Positions 1 to 9,546 of a stretch of DNA of 64,000 bases are shown in pieces. The position numbers and the translations under genes were made by a program. The first letter of the stretch is position 1. Each line of letters opens with the position of its first letter. Source of the stretch: Candidatus Doudnabacteria bacterium RIFCSPHIGHO2_01_48_18 (GTDB lineage: Bacteria; Patescibacteriota; Doudnabacteria; UBA920; 2-01-FULL-46-14). The stretch is from NCBI GenBank assembly GCA_001777515.1, contig MFEF01000002.1, positions 5,354-69,353 of the forward strand. Reading direction: 5' to 3'. The notes under the pieces are model-generated. The model was not told the DNA's origin and made no database searches. It saw only the letters and a program-made list of their open reading frames with translations.

Positions 1-538
1 TCGTTATTTGCTGGCGGTCGGGATCCCGCTCGGGGTTGGGGCCACCCTGCTTGCCGGACCCATAATCATGACTTTATTTGGGTCAGGGTACGAGGGGTCA
101 ATCATGCCCTTTCGCGTACTCATCTGGTCCACAGTGATTACTTTGTTTTATGCTGTGCCGAACGTGGTCATGCAGGTTCGCTCGATTCGCAAAGCCATCG
201 TCATTCTGGGAAGCGTTACATTTTTCAACATCGCGGCGAACTGGGCGCTGGTGCCAAGGTATGGGATCATGGCGTCAGCCTGGCTGACAGTGCTATCCTA
301 TATTTTAGTAGGAGTTTTATATATTGCTTATTCGCGGAAATTTTTACGTTTCTCGATTTTCGGGAGCGCGTTCTGGCCAATATTGGCTAGCGTCATCATG
401 GGCGCCGCGCTTTGGATTTTCCGGGAATGGAATTTGTTTATATTGGGGCCTTTGGGTATAGTTATTTATTTTACGATTCTGCGGCTTGCCGGTTTTTTGA
501 ATCGTGAAGATATCAAATCTATTTTGGCAAGATCATGA
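1..538 (+). CDS. Polysaccharide flippase (Wzx/MATE-like), C-terminal part; runs off the window start
   Basis: Multiple hydrophobic helices, FNIAANWALVPRYGIMASAW motif typical of the flippase C-terminus; next to glycosyltransferases. Confidence 0.75.
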   Translation, partial: RYLLAVGIPLGVGATLLAGPIIMTLFGSGYEGSIMPFRVLIWSTVITLFYAVPNVVMQVRSIRKAIVILGSVTFFNIAANWALVPRYGIMASAWLTVLSYILVGVLYIAYSRKFLRFSIFGSAFWPILASVIMGAALWIFREWNLFILGPLGIVIYFTILRLAGFLNREDIKSILARS

Positions 539-1395
539 GGTTATCGATTCTCATCGTAAATTGGAATACGCGCGATCTGATGATTCATTGTGTCAATTCG
601 ATTCTCAGATACGCGCCGCCGTTTCCGCACGAGGTGATCGTCGTTGACAACAACTCGAGCGATGGCAGCGCTGACACCTTGATTAACCTTTATAATCACA
701 ACAAAAATATTCGGGTCATCGAATCGATACGCAATCTCGGTTTCGCGAAGGGCAACAACCTTGCGTACAAAAATTCTGCCGGAGAATACATTTTTTTGCT
801 CAACCCTGACGCAGAGGTTACCGAAGGCGCGTTAGAGGCGCTAGTAAATTTTATGGATGCGTATCCTGACGTGGGCATAGTCGGGCCAAAGCTTCTCAAT
901 CCTGACGGCAGCCTGCAGCCGTCAGTGCGCAGATTTCCGACGCTGCGTTCTGCCATTGCCGTGTTTTCCGGACTCCACCGTTTTTTGAAGCTTGATAAAT
1001 ACCTCATGAGCAAATTTGATTATACTAAGCAGGGCGAAGTTGACCAGGTCATGGGCGCGGCGCTGCTGACCCGCCGCAAGATCACGGAAACGCTTGGTTT
1101 TTTGGATGAAAAATTTTGGCTGTGGTATGAAGAAGTGGATTTTTGCAAAAGAGTCAAAGATCATGGTCACAAGGTAATGTATTTTCCAGGGGCGGCGGTA
1201 ATTCACCACAAAGGCGCCGGTTTTTCGCAAATGCCAGTATATCTGCGCAAAAAAACTGTGGCCCAGAGTTTGATCTATTATTTCAAAAAGAACGGGCACT
1301 TCTGGGATGTTTGGATCATCAGTATCGCGCTTCCTGCTATTTTGTTTGCCGCCAGGTTTTTTGATTTTTTAGGTTTGAAAATAAAACCCAAATGA
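535..1395 (+). CDS. Glycosyltransferase family 2 (WbbL/rhamnosyltransferase-like)
   Basis: LSILIVNWN, VVDNNSSDGS, NLGFAKGNN, LLNPD, EEVDFC motifs. Confidence 0.92.
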   Translation: MRLSILIVNWNTRDLMIHCVNSILRYAPPFPHEVIVVDNNSSDGSADTLINLYNHNKNIRVIESIRNLGFAKGNNLAYKNSAGEYIFLLNPDAEVTEGALEALVNFMDAYPDVGIVGPKLLNPDGSLQPSVRRFPTLRSAIAVFSGLHRFLKLDKYLMSKFDYTKQGEVDQVMGAALLTRRKITETLGFLDEKFWLWYEEVDFCKRVKDHGHKVMYFPGAAVIHHKGAGFSQMPVYLRKKTVAQSLIYYFKKNGHFWDVWIISIALPAILFAARFFDFLGLKIKPK

Positions 1396-2879
1396 ATTAT
1401 TTTTCAAAGGCTTTACTACTGATGATCGCGGCAGAGGGGGTGTCTTTGCTAAGTTTTATGTATCCGGTTTTGAGCCTGCCGCTCATCATTCTTGCCGGCG
1501 CTGCAACATTTTTTATCACTTTGAAAAATGCAGAATGGGGGATTTACCTATTGTTCGGCGAGCTTTTTTTTGGCAGCCGCGGCCACCTGCTCGAGTATGA
1601 TATCGGTTTTATGAGTGTATCATTGCGGCTCGTGATATTTGCGGTGGTGTTTTTGGCTTGTCTTTCAAAATTTTCAATTTTCAATTTTCAATTTTCAAAG
1701 AAATCCAAAATTCTTTATACTTTACTCCTGATAGTCATAGGTTTTGGAATCATCAAGGGCTATTTTTCTGGCAATGCGATCGCGAACGTTTTCAATGATG
1801 CCAACGGGTATTTATATCTACTGATCCTTCCGGCCGTGTTTTCGGTCATCAAGACACGCAGGCAGATTGAAAATATTTTGCTGATCCTTGCCGCGGCGAT
1901 TTTGGTTGTGGCAGGCAAAACTCTGCTGATCTTCGTGTGGTTTTCTTTCGGGCTGCCCGGCGTGGCTAATGTGTATCACTGGATCGTTGCCCAGGATTTT
2001 GGCGAGATCACCGGCGACGTTGGCAAAGCTTCGCGCGTTTTCATGCAAAGCCAGTTCTGGAGCCTGATGGGGTTATTTATTTTTTCAATCCCACTCGTCA
2101 CGTCATTGCGAGGAGTGATAGCTCCGAAGCAATCTCCAGAGCAAGAGTTTGCTTCGCTGCCGCTCGCAAAGACAATGAATTGGCTGATTGTAGCTGCTTC
2201 GATCCTTGCCATTATTATGTCTCTGTCGCGCAGTTTTTGGCTTGGTGCGATCGCTGGGGGACTATTCGCCATAATAACTGTCCTGTGGCAGTTTCGAGCC
2301 TTTTTTAGGTCATTTTTGGGCCTAGGATTAAAGCTAGGATTGATCGCGGTCCTCGAGATTGGCCTTTTGTATGGCATTGTCGCTGCGGGTGGAAACGCGA
2401 TTGCCGAATCGGTTTCTTCACGGGGCGGCGACCCGACAAAAGAAGCCGCCAGTGGCGCGCGGCTTTTGCTCCTGCCCGAGCTCCTTGCTGGCATAAAACA
2501 GTCGCCGATCTTCGGAGCTGGCTTTGGCGAGATGGTAACCTACAAAAGCTATTTGCCTGATCGTGTGTCGCGGGCAAATCCTGATGGCGAGATTACCAAT
2601 TTTGCTTTCGAGTGGGGATACCTGGACATCGCCTTAAAAATTGGCGGATTAGGATTAATAATTTATTTGTTGTTTATAGCTCACATATTCGCGATGGGGT
2701 GGAAGGCGATGAATTTCCAATTTCCAATTTCCAATTTCCAAATCTTAGGACTTCTTTCCGCGCTAGCGGCTTTGCTGGTGCTCAACGTGACCACGCCTTA
2801 TCTCAATCATCCGCTCGGTATCGGTTACATTATCCTTAGCGGGATTATTTTCAAAATCTATGGAAACGAGCAACAATAA
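1392..2879 (+). CDS. O-antigen ligase/polymerase (Wzy_C-like) membrane protein
   Basis: Many TM helices, SLSRSFWLG, periplasmic loop with PIFGAGFG; glycan cluster context. Confidence 0.75.
   Translation: MNYFSKALLLMIAAEGVSLLSFMYPVLSLPLIILAGAATFFITLKNAEWGIYLLFGELFFGSRGHLLEYDIGFMSVSLRLVIFAVVFLACLSKFSIFNFQFSKKSKILYTLLLIVIGFGIIKGYFSGNAIANVFNDANGYLYLLILPAVFSVIKTRRQIENILLILAAAILVVAGKTLLIFVWFSFGLPGVANVYHWIVAQDFGEITGDVGKASRVFMQSQFWSLMGLFIFSIPLVTSLRGVIAPKQSPEQEFASLPLAKTMNWLIVAASILAIIMSLSRSFWLGAIAGGLFAIITVLWQFRAFFRSFLGLGLKLGLIAVLEIGLLYGIVAAGGNAIAESVSSRGGDPTKEAASGARLLLLPELLAGIKQSPIFGAGFGEMVTYKSYLPDRVSRANPDGEITNFAFEWGYLDIALKIGGLGLIIYLLFIAHIFAMGWKAMNFQFPISNFQILGLLSALAALLVLNVTTPYLNHPLGIGYIILSGIIFKIYGNEQQ
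1670..1697 (+). repeat. Heptamer tandem repeat (ATTTTCA)x4 inside CDS
   Basis: Read directly; encodes FSIFNFQFS. Confidence 0.95.
2102..2173. repeat. 72-bp nested palindromic element, in frame within CDS
   Basis: Outer IR GTCATTGCGAG/CTCGCAAAGAC (10/11), inner IR CGAAGCAATCTC/GAGTTTGCTTCG (11/12). Confidence 0.85.
2712..2739 (+). repeat. Heptamer tandem repeat (AATTTCC)x4 inside CDS
   Basis: Read directly; encodes NFQFPISNF. Confidence 0.95.
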
Positions 2880-3915
2880 CCAAACACAAACTGATCAGCC
2901 GCTGGTTAGCGTCAACATCCTGTCATACAACAGCATGCGCTATATCGAGGGTTGTCTTGATACTGCGCTGGCGCAGACCTACAAAAATCTCGAAATCCTG
3001 GTAATCATCACTGGCTCTGAGGACGGTTCCGCCGAGTTTATCAAGCAAAAGTACGGCCGCCAGAAAAGAGTGAAGATCATCGAGCCAGGGGTGAATCTTT
3101 GGTTTTCTCGCGGCCATAATCTCGGCATAAAGATGTGCCAGGGAAAATATGCTTTGGTGCTCAATCAGGACACGGTCATGGAAAAAGATTTTGTCGTGAA
3201 ATTGGCACGGGTGATGGAGCAGGACCAGAGCCTTGGTTCAGTTTCTGGCAAGCTTCTGCACTACAATTTCTCTTTTAACTCGAAAACCAAGATTCTCGAC
3301 AGCACTGGCATTGAGATTTTTAAAACAAGAAGGGTGATTGACCGCGGGCAATGGGAAAAAGACGATCATCAATATGACGCGGACACGGAAATTTTTGGCG
3401 CTTCCGGCGCTGCCGCGTTTTATCGCCGCAGCGCGCTCGAGGCAGTCAAGCTCCCAAAGCGTAATAGTGAGTTTGAATACTATGATGAAGATTTTATCGC
3501 GTACAAAGAAGATATAGATTTGTCGTGGCGGCTGCAGCTTGCCGGGTACCGCTGCAAATACATTCCTGAGGCGATTTTGTATCACGGACGCACAGTTGGG
3601 CGCAGTTGGCCAAACCAATTGGTCAGGTTTATCGTGAATCGCAAACGCCAGCCGCGTTTGTACCGCAAGATGGCGTTCAAGAACCATTATTTGATGATGA
3701 TAAAATGCGAGCTTAGGACCCATTTCTGGCACCAGTTTGGCTTTATTTTCGTTCGCGAGTCCTTGCTTTTGATTTATACGCTGATCTTTGAGCCGTTTCA
3801 GTTCGCGGTCGTGTCTATGCTTTATCGCGAGCTCCCAGAAGCCTGGCGTAAACGAAAGCTCATCATGGCGAACGTCAAAACCGACCCGCAGCGAATCTGG
3901 AAACTGTTTCATTAG
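2860..3915 (+). CDS. Glycosyltransferase family 2
   Basis: VSVNILSYN, VLNQD, GASGAAAFYR, YKEDIDLSWR. Confidence 0.9.
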   Translation: METSNNNQTQTDQPLVSVNILSYNSMRYIEGCLDTALAQTYKNLEILVIITGSEDGSAEFIKQKYGRQKRVKIIEPGVNLWFSRGHNLGIKMCQGKYALVLNQDTVMEKDFVVKLARVMEQDQSLGSVSGKLLHYNFSFNSKTKILDSTGIEIFKTRRVIDRGQWEKDDHQYDADTEIFGASGAAAFYRRSALEAVKLPKRNSEFEYYDEDFIAYKEDIDLSWRLQLAGYRCKYIPEAILYHGRTVGRSWPNQLVRFIVNRKRQPRLYRKMAFKNHYLMMIKCELRTHFWHQFGFIFVRESLLLIYTLIFEPFQFAVVSMLYRELPEAWRKRKLIMANVKTDPQRIWKLFH

Positions 3916-3996
3916 TTTGCGCAAAAACCGCCTGTTCGCTATTCTGATTTGATACTCGAATGCAACTTCGGGTAAATTTGAACTTGGAGGATTTAT

Positions 3997-5148
3997 ATGA
4001 GTGAAGAGAACGTCAGTGCAGGGGTTAATTATGCGCTGATGAAGAATTTCAAGAAAGCCATGGCTGCAATGGGGGAAACAACACTCGAATTCTCGCGGCG
4101 ATGGGATGTTGAGACGGAGCCCGACGGTCTGTATCATTATGTTGGTCCGCAAAAAACCCACCGCTTCAAGTCAGTGATTGAAGGACTGGGCAATAAGGAC
4201 TGGCTTGCAGGGTGGATGGAGGAATACGCGGGCGATGGTAAACCCTACCGCGAAGACATTCCGGTTGACAGCATGATGATGGCAGTGAATGACGGCTTGG
4301 CCAAAGGAGGCCGCCCGTTTGGTTATCAGGATGAAATCACCGCACCGAATAGTGATTTTTTCGGTGATGAAAAGCGCAATGCGCAATTGGTTCGCGGTTA
4401 TTTCAAATGCTGCCGCGACAACGGAATTGCGCTGACCCAGGGCGAAACGGCGCCATACGTATACCTGCTGCATACGACATTGCCGACATTCGATGAGAAT
4501 GGCAAGAAGATTATTACCAGCGCGCCGTTTGACGCTGCTTCGTACAGCGGGGCCGTGCAAGTGGTTATTGCGCCGGCGAGCCGATACGTGAACGGAAGCC
4601 GTCTGCGGCCTGGTCACGTGATTCTCGGCACCTCGTCGTCCGAATGGTGCAGCAATGGCGCAAGCGTTTATATCAAGCGTGTTTCGACTCTGCCGGACAA
4701 GTTCCTAACCAAACTGCCGAACGGAAAGACATTCGGCGAGCAGACTTTGATCCCGACCAAATCCATGGTGCCGCTCGTGGCTGCGCTGCAAGATGCAGAA
4801 GTGGATATCACAGCCATGGGTCCGATCACTGGGGACGGTGTCGCGAAGGCTATCGCCATTACTAAACTCGACGTGTCTCTGCGAATCAGGCAGTGGCCTT
4901 TCGCCATGCCACTCTCTTGCCTGTTCGTCATGGATAAATTCAACATCAGCATGCAAGAGATGCTGCATACATTCAACTGCGGTCTGCAGTATGTTATTTG
5001 TATTCTGCGGTCAGATGTAACCAAAGCGCAGGATGCGGCTGCACGAGTCGGCTTTGATCTTTACGAAATCGGCGTTGTTGAAGAAGGTCAGCGGTGCACA
5101 ATCATGGAACCGTTCGACAATCTCGTTCTTCCTGAACCGGGCGACTGA
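3997..5148 (+). CDS. Divergent PurM (AIR synthase)-like protein
   Basis: SAGVNY, EGLGNK, MAVND, GETA, SS..SNG, TFNCG align to PurM motifs; strong SD GGAGGA. Confidence 0.8.
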   Translation: MSEENVSAGVNYALMKNFKKAMAAMGETTLEFSRRWDVETEPDGLYHYVGPQKTHRFKSVIEGLGNKDWLAGWMEEYAGDGKPYREDIPVDSMMMAVNDGLAKGGRPFGYQDEITAPNSDFFGDEKRNAQLVRGYFKCCRDNGIALTQGETAPYVYLLHTTLPTFDENGKKIITSAPFDAASYSGAVQVVIAPASRYVNGSRLRPGHVILGTSSSEWCSNGASVYIKRVSTLPDKFLTKLPNGKTFGEQTLIPTKSMVPLVAALQDAEVDITAMGPITGDGVAKAIAITKLDVSLRIRQWPFAMPLSCLFVMDKFNISMQEMLHTFNCGLQYVICILRSDVTKAQDAAARVGFDLYEIGVVEEGQRCTIMEPFDNLVLPEPGD

Positions 5149-5173
5149 TTGCCTGCTTTATTATTCTTTAAGC

Positions 5174-5218
5174 GTCCGAGCAGTGGCATGTTGCTACTCG
5201 CTCGGACACTTTCTTTTT
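5174..5218 (+). terminator. Intrinsic terminator after purM-like gene
   Basis: GTCCGAGC...GCTCGGAC stem followed by TTTCTTTTT. Confidence 0.7.
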
Positions 5219-5237
5219 GTGATATAATTCGTTAACC

Positions 5238-6086
5238 ATGGATCTATCCGTTGTTATTGTCAGTTTTAATACCAAGGAAAAACTGCGCGAATGTTTGCGG
5301 TCGGTTTTTGGTTCAGTCACCAAATATAGCTTCGAAGTTTTAGTCGTGGACAATAACTCGCGCGATGGCTCGGCTGGCGCAGTTGCCGCGGAGTTTCCCA
5401 ATATGAAGCTGATCCGCAACTCTGATAATGTCGGCTATTCGAAAGCGAACAACCAGGCTTTGCGTCTTGCTCAAGGTAGATTTTTTTTACTTTTAAACTC
5501 TGACGTCGAGGTCGCGCCGGACAGTTTTGACAAGATGATTTCTTACATGGATAATGAAAAAGCGGTCGGCATCGTCGGATGCCGAGTTATCAAATCTGAC
5601 GGTTCTTTTGATAAAGCCGCGAGGCGAAGCTTTCCTGACTTGGCCAATTCACTGCGCCACTTCCTTGGACTCTCATCTGATTACAACCTTGATTTGCCGG
5701 AAGATAAAATCGCTGAGGTAGATAGCGTGATGGGCGCGTTTCTGATGATCCGCCGCGAGGTCGTGGATAAGATTGGCCTCCTTGACGAAGCTTTTTTTAT
5801 GTACGGCGAGGACCTGGATTGGTGCTTTCGCGCGAAGCAGGCCGGATACAAAGTGGTTTACAATCCAGCCACCACAGTAGTGCACCACAAAGGATCGTCT
5901 TCAAGAAAGCTTCCCAAAAAAGCTTTGTATGAATTCCACCGCGCAATGTTCATTTTTTATGATAAGCATTACGCACCGCTTCACGGCCCGATCGTCAATT
6001 ATTTGGTGAAACTCGGAATCTGGGGCAGGTATCATTTGAAAGTTTTTCAAAATTTATTTCGTAAAGATAAATATGTTAGCAAGTAA
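5238..6086 (+). CDS. Glycosyltransferase family 2
   Basis: DLSVVIVSFN, VVDNNSRDGS, LLNSD, GEDLDWC. Confidence 0.92.
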   Translation: MDLSVVIVSFNTKEKLRECLRSVFGSVTKYSFEVLVVDNNSRDGSAGAVAAEFPNMKLIRNSDNVGYSKANNQALRLAQGRFFLLLNSDVEVAPDSFDKMISYMDNEKAVGIVGCRVIKSDGSFDKAARRSFPDLANSLRHFLGLSSDYNLDLPEDKIAEVDSVMGAFLMIRREVVDKIGLLDEAFFMYGEDLDWCFRAKQAGYKVVYNPATTVVHHKGSSSRKLPKKALYEFHRAMFIFYDKHYAPLHGPIVNYLVKLGIWGRYHLKVFQNLFRKDKYVSK

Positions 6087-7323
6087 CGTTCCGGAGACAA
6101 CACAATCGACTAGCGAGCCGCCAAAGGGTTACAAAAAATTTCTCGCTGGTATCGCCCTGGTTTTGGTATTTTTTGCCGGGTGGCAGTTTGGCCAATCTGG
6201 CAGAGACATCAAAATCGGCAATTTCAAGATTTTTGAAAGCAATCGCGAAGACGCGCCAAAAGAGGTGGATTGGAATATTTTGTGGCGAACGATCGAGCTT
6301 ATGGAAGATCGGTACGTCAATGACGGTATTGATCTCGAGAAAGTTTTGCATGGTGCAGTGCAGGGAGCAGTGTCAGCACTCGGAGATCCTTACAGCGTGT
6401 TTTTGCCGCCCAAAGAAGCGCAGGATTTCAAAAATGAGCTATCGGGAAACATTGACGGCATCGGCGCGGAGATCGGCATCAAGCATCAGCGGCTGACAGT
6501 GATCGCGCCTCTTGATGGCTCGCCAGCGCTGCGGGCCGGGCTTCGCGGCGGCGATTATATTTACAAAGTCGATGACCAGGAAACAACCAATCTGACTGTT
6601 GAAGAGGCAGTAGGGAAAATTCGCGGGCCAGCCGGGTCGCAGGTCAAGCTGACAATTTTTCATGTCGGGGACACCAAACCAGTTGACGTGGTGATTACCA
6701 GAGCACGGATAGAGATCAAGAGCGTGGAGACAGAGGTCAGAAACGTGAACGGTAAAAAGATCGGCATCATCAAACTGCGCCGATTTGGCGAGGACACCAC
6801 AGGCGGCGTCCGGAACGCGGTATCGAGCTTTTTGGTTCAGGGCGTGAACGGCGTGATTCTCGATATGCGCAACAACCCTGGCGGATTTTTGGATACAGCG
6901 GTTGATGTGGCTGGGTTTTGGATCAAGGACGGCGAGACCGTACTAATTCAGAAATTTGGCGACGGGTCTGAAGATATTTTCCGTGCGGAAGGTCAAGGAC
7001 GCCTCAACGGCGTGTCGACTGTTGTGTTGATGAATGGCGGCAGCGCGTCTGCGTCCGAGATTGTGGCTGGCGCTCTCAAAGATCATGACCTAGCAAGGCT
7101 CATCGGTGAAAAGAGTTTCGGGAAAGGTTCGGTACAGGAGCTTATTGATCTTGATGGCAAGGCTCAGTTGAAACTGACGATCGCTAAATGGCTGACGCCC
7201 AAAGGACATGATCTAAACAAAGAAGGGCTGGAGCCGGATATCAAGGTTGAGCTTTCTGAAGAGGATTTCCAGAATGACCGCGATCCACAAATGGAACGGG
7301 CTCTTGAAGAACTGACCAGATAA
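6073..7323 (+). CDS. ctpA: Carboxyl-terminal processing protease (S41, PDZ)
   Basis: GDPYS, GIGAEI PDZ, DMRNNPGG, SASASEI, SFGKGSVQ. Confidence 0.95.
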   Translation: MLASNVPETTQSTSEPPKGYKKFLAGIALVLVFFAGWQFGQSGRDIKIGNFKIFESNREDAPKEVDWNILWRTIELMEDRYVNDGIDLEKVLHGAVQGAVSALGDPYSVFLPPKEAQDFKNELSGNIDGIGAEIGIKHQRLTVIAPLDGSPALRAGLRGGDYIYKVDDQETTNLTVEEAVGKIRGPAGSQVKLTIFHVGDTKPVDVVITRARIEIKSVETEVRNVNGKKIGIIKLRRFGEDTTGGVRNAVSSFLVQGVNGVILDMRNNPGGFLDTAVDVAGFWIKDGETVLIQKFGDGSEDIFRAEGQGRLNGVSTVVLMNGGSASASEIVAGALKDHDLARLIGEKSFGKGSVQELIDLDGKAQLKLTIAKWLTPKGHDLNKEGLEPDIKVELSEEDFQNDRDPQMERALEELTR

Positions 7324-7414
7324 AGGGATATTATAGAAAAATTTTTCGTGGCCGCCTGGATTGATTTCCAGGCGGTTTGTGATCATAATGACGCAGATCT
7401 AAAAAGGAGGTAAG

Positions 7415-7762
7415 ATGCAACTCATTCCGACTATCCGTTCCGCACTGTCGCGGTTTGTGTCGATCTTTAGGCCGAAGAGTGCTGCGCCTATCCTAGTACC
7501 GGAGATTCTGGAAAGACCAGAAATGAAAGAGTTTCCGAAGCGTTTGCCTGATGATCCGTTGTACACGCTCGAGATAAGCAATCTCACGCGCATGGATCCT
7601 GAGGGACAGCTGCCGCAGCATCTCTTAAATGATCCGCCAACATGTGAAAGCTGTCTGGATGTCAGAATAGTGCATGTTGTCGGCAATTGTATGGAAGCGC
7701 GAATCAAGCAAAAGGATCAGGACGATTACCATTCAAAAAGGAGTTTAAAGCCACGCCGGTGA
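7415..7762 (+). CDS. Hypothetical protein with a CxxC motif
   Basis: Fills the gap on the coding strand; SD AGGAGG 4 nt before ATG; CESC motif. Confidence 0.6.
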   Translation: MQLIPTIRSALSRFVSIFRPKSAAPILVPEILERPEMKEFPKRLPDDPLYTLEISNLTRMDPEGQLPQHLLNDPPTCESCLDVRIVHVVGNCMEARIKQKDQDDYHSKRSLKPRR

Positions 7763-7808
7763 TTTTACAAGGATGTAAGATTGCCGGCTTTTTGGTATAA
7801 TCAGCAGT

Positions 7809-9521
7809 ATGAAAGCGGAAGAATTACGACAGAAATTTATAGAGTTTTTTCGGGCACGCGGGCACGCGGTCGTGCTTTCGAGCTCGCTTATTCCTGACGA
7901 CCCGTCAGTGCTTTTGACCACGGCCGGCATGCAGCAGTTCAAAAAATATTTCACGGGCGAGCTGGATGCGGAGAAAGATTTCAATTCGAAGAATACCATA
8001 TCGATTCAGAAGTGTTTTCGGACTTCTAGTATTGATGAGGTTGGTGATGATACTCACGGAACATTTTTTGAAATGCTCGGCAATTTTTCTTTTGGCGGAT
8101 ACTTTAAGGAAGAGGCAATAAAATACGCTCACGAATTTATAACCTCCAAGGATTGGATGGGGCTTGAGATAGATTTTGTCAGCGTATTCAAAGGTGATGA
8201 CAATGTCCCAGCCGACGAAGAATCTGAAAAGATTTGGGAATCGCTAGGCGTAGAAAAGATAAAAAAGTTTGACAGAGATGATAATTTTTGGGGACCAACC
8301 GGCAACGAAGGCCCGTGCGGTCCCAGCACGGAAATTTATGTAAAAAATGCCGTCGGGAATAGCGTTGAGGTTTGGAACCTGGTGTTTAATGAATATTATT
8401 CGAAAAGCGGTGTTCTCGAGCCGCTCATGATCAAGGGTGTGGACACAGGCATGGGCATCGAGCGTCTTGCTATGGTGACCCAAAAAGTTTCAAATATTTT
8501 TGAAACGGATTTATTTACGCCCCTTACTAGCGTTCTGCCCCACGAATTGCCAGAAAGAGTCAAAAGAATCCTTGCGGACCATGCTAGAGCGGTTTCGTTT
8601 CTCACATCTGACGGCGTGCGTCCGTCTAACAAAGAAGCGGGCTATATTTTGCGGCGGCTCATGCGCCGGATGATCGTGCATGGCGCTGATTTCGAAAATC
8701 TTTTTAACAAAGTTGGGGAAATTTATTCCCCCGCGTATTCTGAACTGAACCTAAATGTAGTTCTCGAGGAATTTAAAAAAGAAAATGACAAATTCCAAAA
8801 AACCCTAAAAAGCGGCCTTAAAGAATTAGGAAAGCTGGAATCAATCGATGCGGCGGCCGCTTTCAAGCTTTATGAAACCTATGGTTTGCCCTTTGAGATT
8901 TTGAAAGATACGGAAATCTCTGGCGACAAGGCAAAAAATCTTTCCAGAGAAGAGTTTGATAAAGAATTCGCAAGACATCAGGAAAAATCTCGCGCTGGCG
9001 CGGAAAAGAAGTTTGGCGGGCATGGGTTATTGCTTGACACTGGCGAACTCAAGGCCGTGGATGAAAGGGAGCTAAAAATCGTGACCCGGCTCCATACCGC
9101 CACGCACCTTATGCAGGCTGCCTTGCGGCAAGTGTTCGGGCCGGAGGTCAAACAAAACGGCTCGGACATTACTGCCGAGCGGACCCGTTTCGACTTCTTT
9201 TTTAGCAGGAAAGTCACTCCTGAGGAACTCAAAAAAGTTGAAGATTTGGTTAACCAGAAAATTGCCGAAGATTTACCCGTAGGCTTTGTTGAGATGCCAA
9301 TCGAGGAGGCCAAAAAAACCGGAGCCTTGTATTTCTTTAAAGCGAGATATGGACAAAAGGTCAAAGTGTATTTTATGGGCAAAGATCTTGAGAGTGCTTG
9401 GAGCCGCGAGTTTTGCGGCGGCCCTCATGTTTCGCACACCGCCGAGGTGGGAAAATTCAAGATTCTCAAGGAAGAATCAACCGCCGCAGGGATCAGGCGC
9501 ATCCGCGCGACAGTCGAATGA
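7809..9521 (+). CDS. alaS: Alanine-tRNA ligase, short form lacking C-Ala domain
   Basis: TTAGMQQFK, FFEMLGNFSFG, VDTGMGIER, HTATH, EFCGGPHV. Confidence 0.97.
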   Translation: MKAEELRQKFIEFFRARGHAVVLSSSLIPDDPSVLLTTAGMQQFKKYFTGELDAEKDFNSKNTISIQKCFRTSSIDEVGDDTHGTFFEMLGNFSFGGYFKEEAIKYAHEFITSKDWMGLEIDFVSVFKGDDNVPADEESEKIWESLGVEKIKKFDRDDNFWGPTGNEGPCGPSTEIYVKNAVGNSVEVWNLVFNEYYSKSGVLEPLMIKGVDTGMGIERLAMVTQKVSNIFETDLFTPLTSVLPHELPERVKRILADHARAVSFLTSDGVRPSNKEAGYILRRLMRRMIVHGADFENLFNKVGEIYSPAYSELNLNVVLEEFKKENDKFQKTLKSGLKELGKLESIDAAAAFKLYETYGLPFEILKDTEISGDKAKNLSREEFDKEFARHQEKSRAGAEKKFGGHGLLLDTGELKAVDERELKIVTRLHTATHLMQAALRQVFGPEVKQNGSDITAERTRFDFFFSRKVTPEELKKVEDLVNQKIAEDLPVGFVEMPIEEAKKTGALYFFKARYGQKVKVYFMGKDLESAWSREFCGGPHVSHTAEVGKFKILKEESTAAGIRRIRATVE

Positions 9522-9546
9522 AGCGCATTTATGCTATATTTAGTAC

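Noticed and set aside
3238-4161. 307-aa minus-strand ORF
   Set aside because: Antisense shadow across a GT2 gene and the purM-like gene; no recognisable motifs
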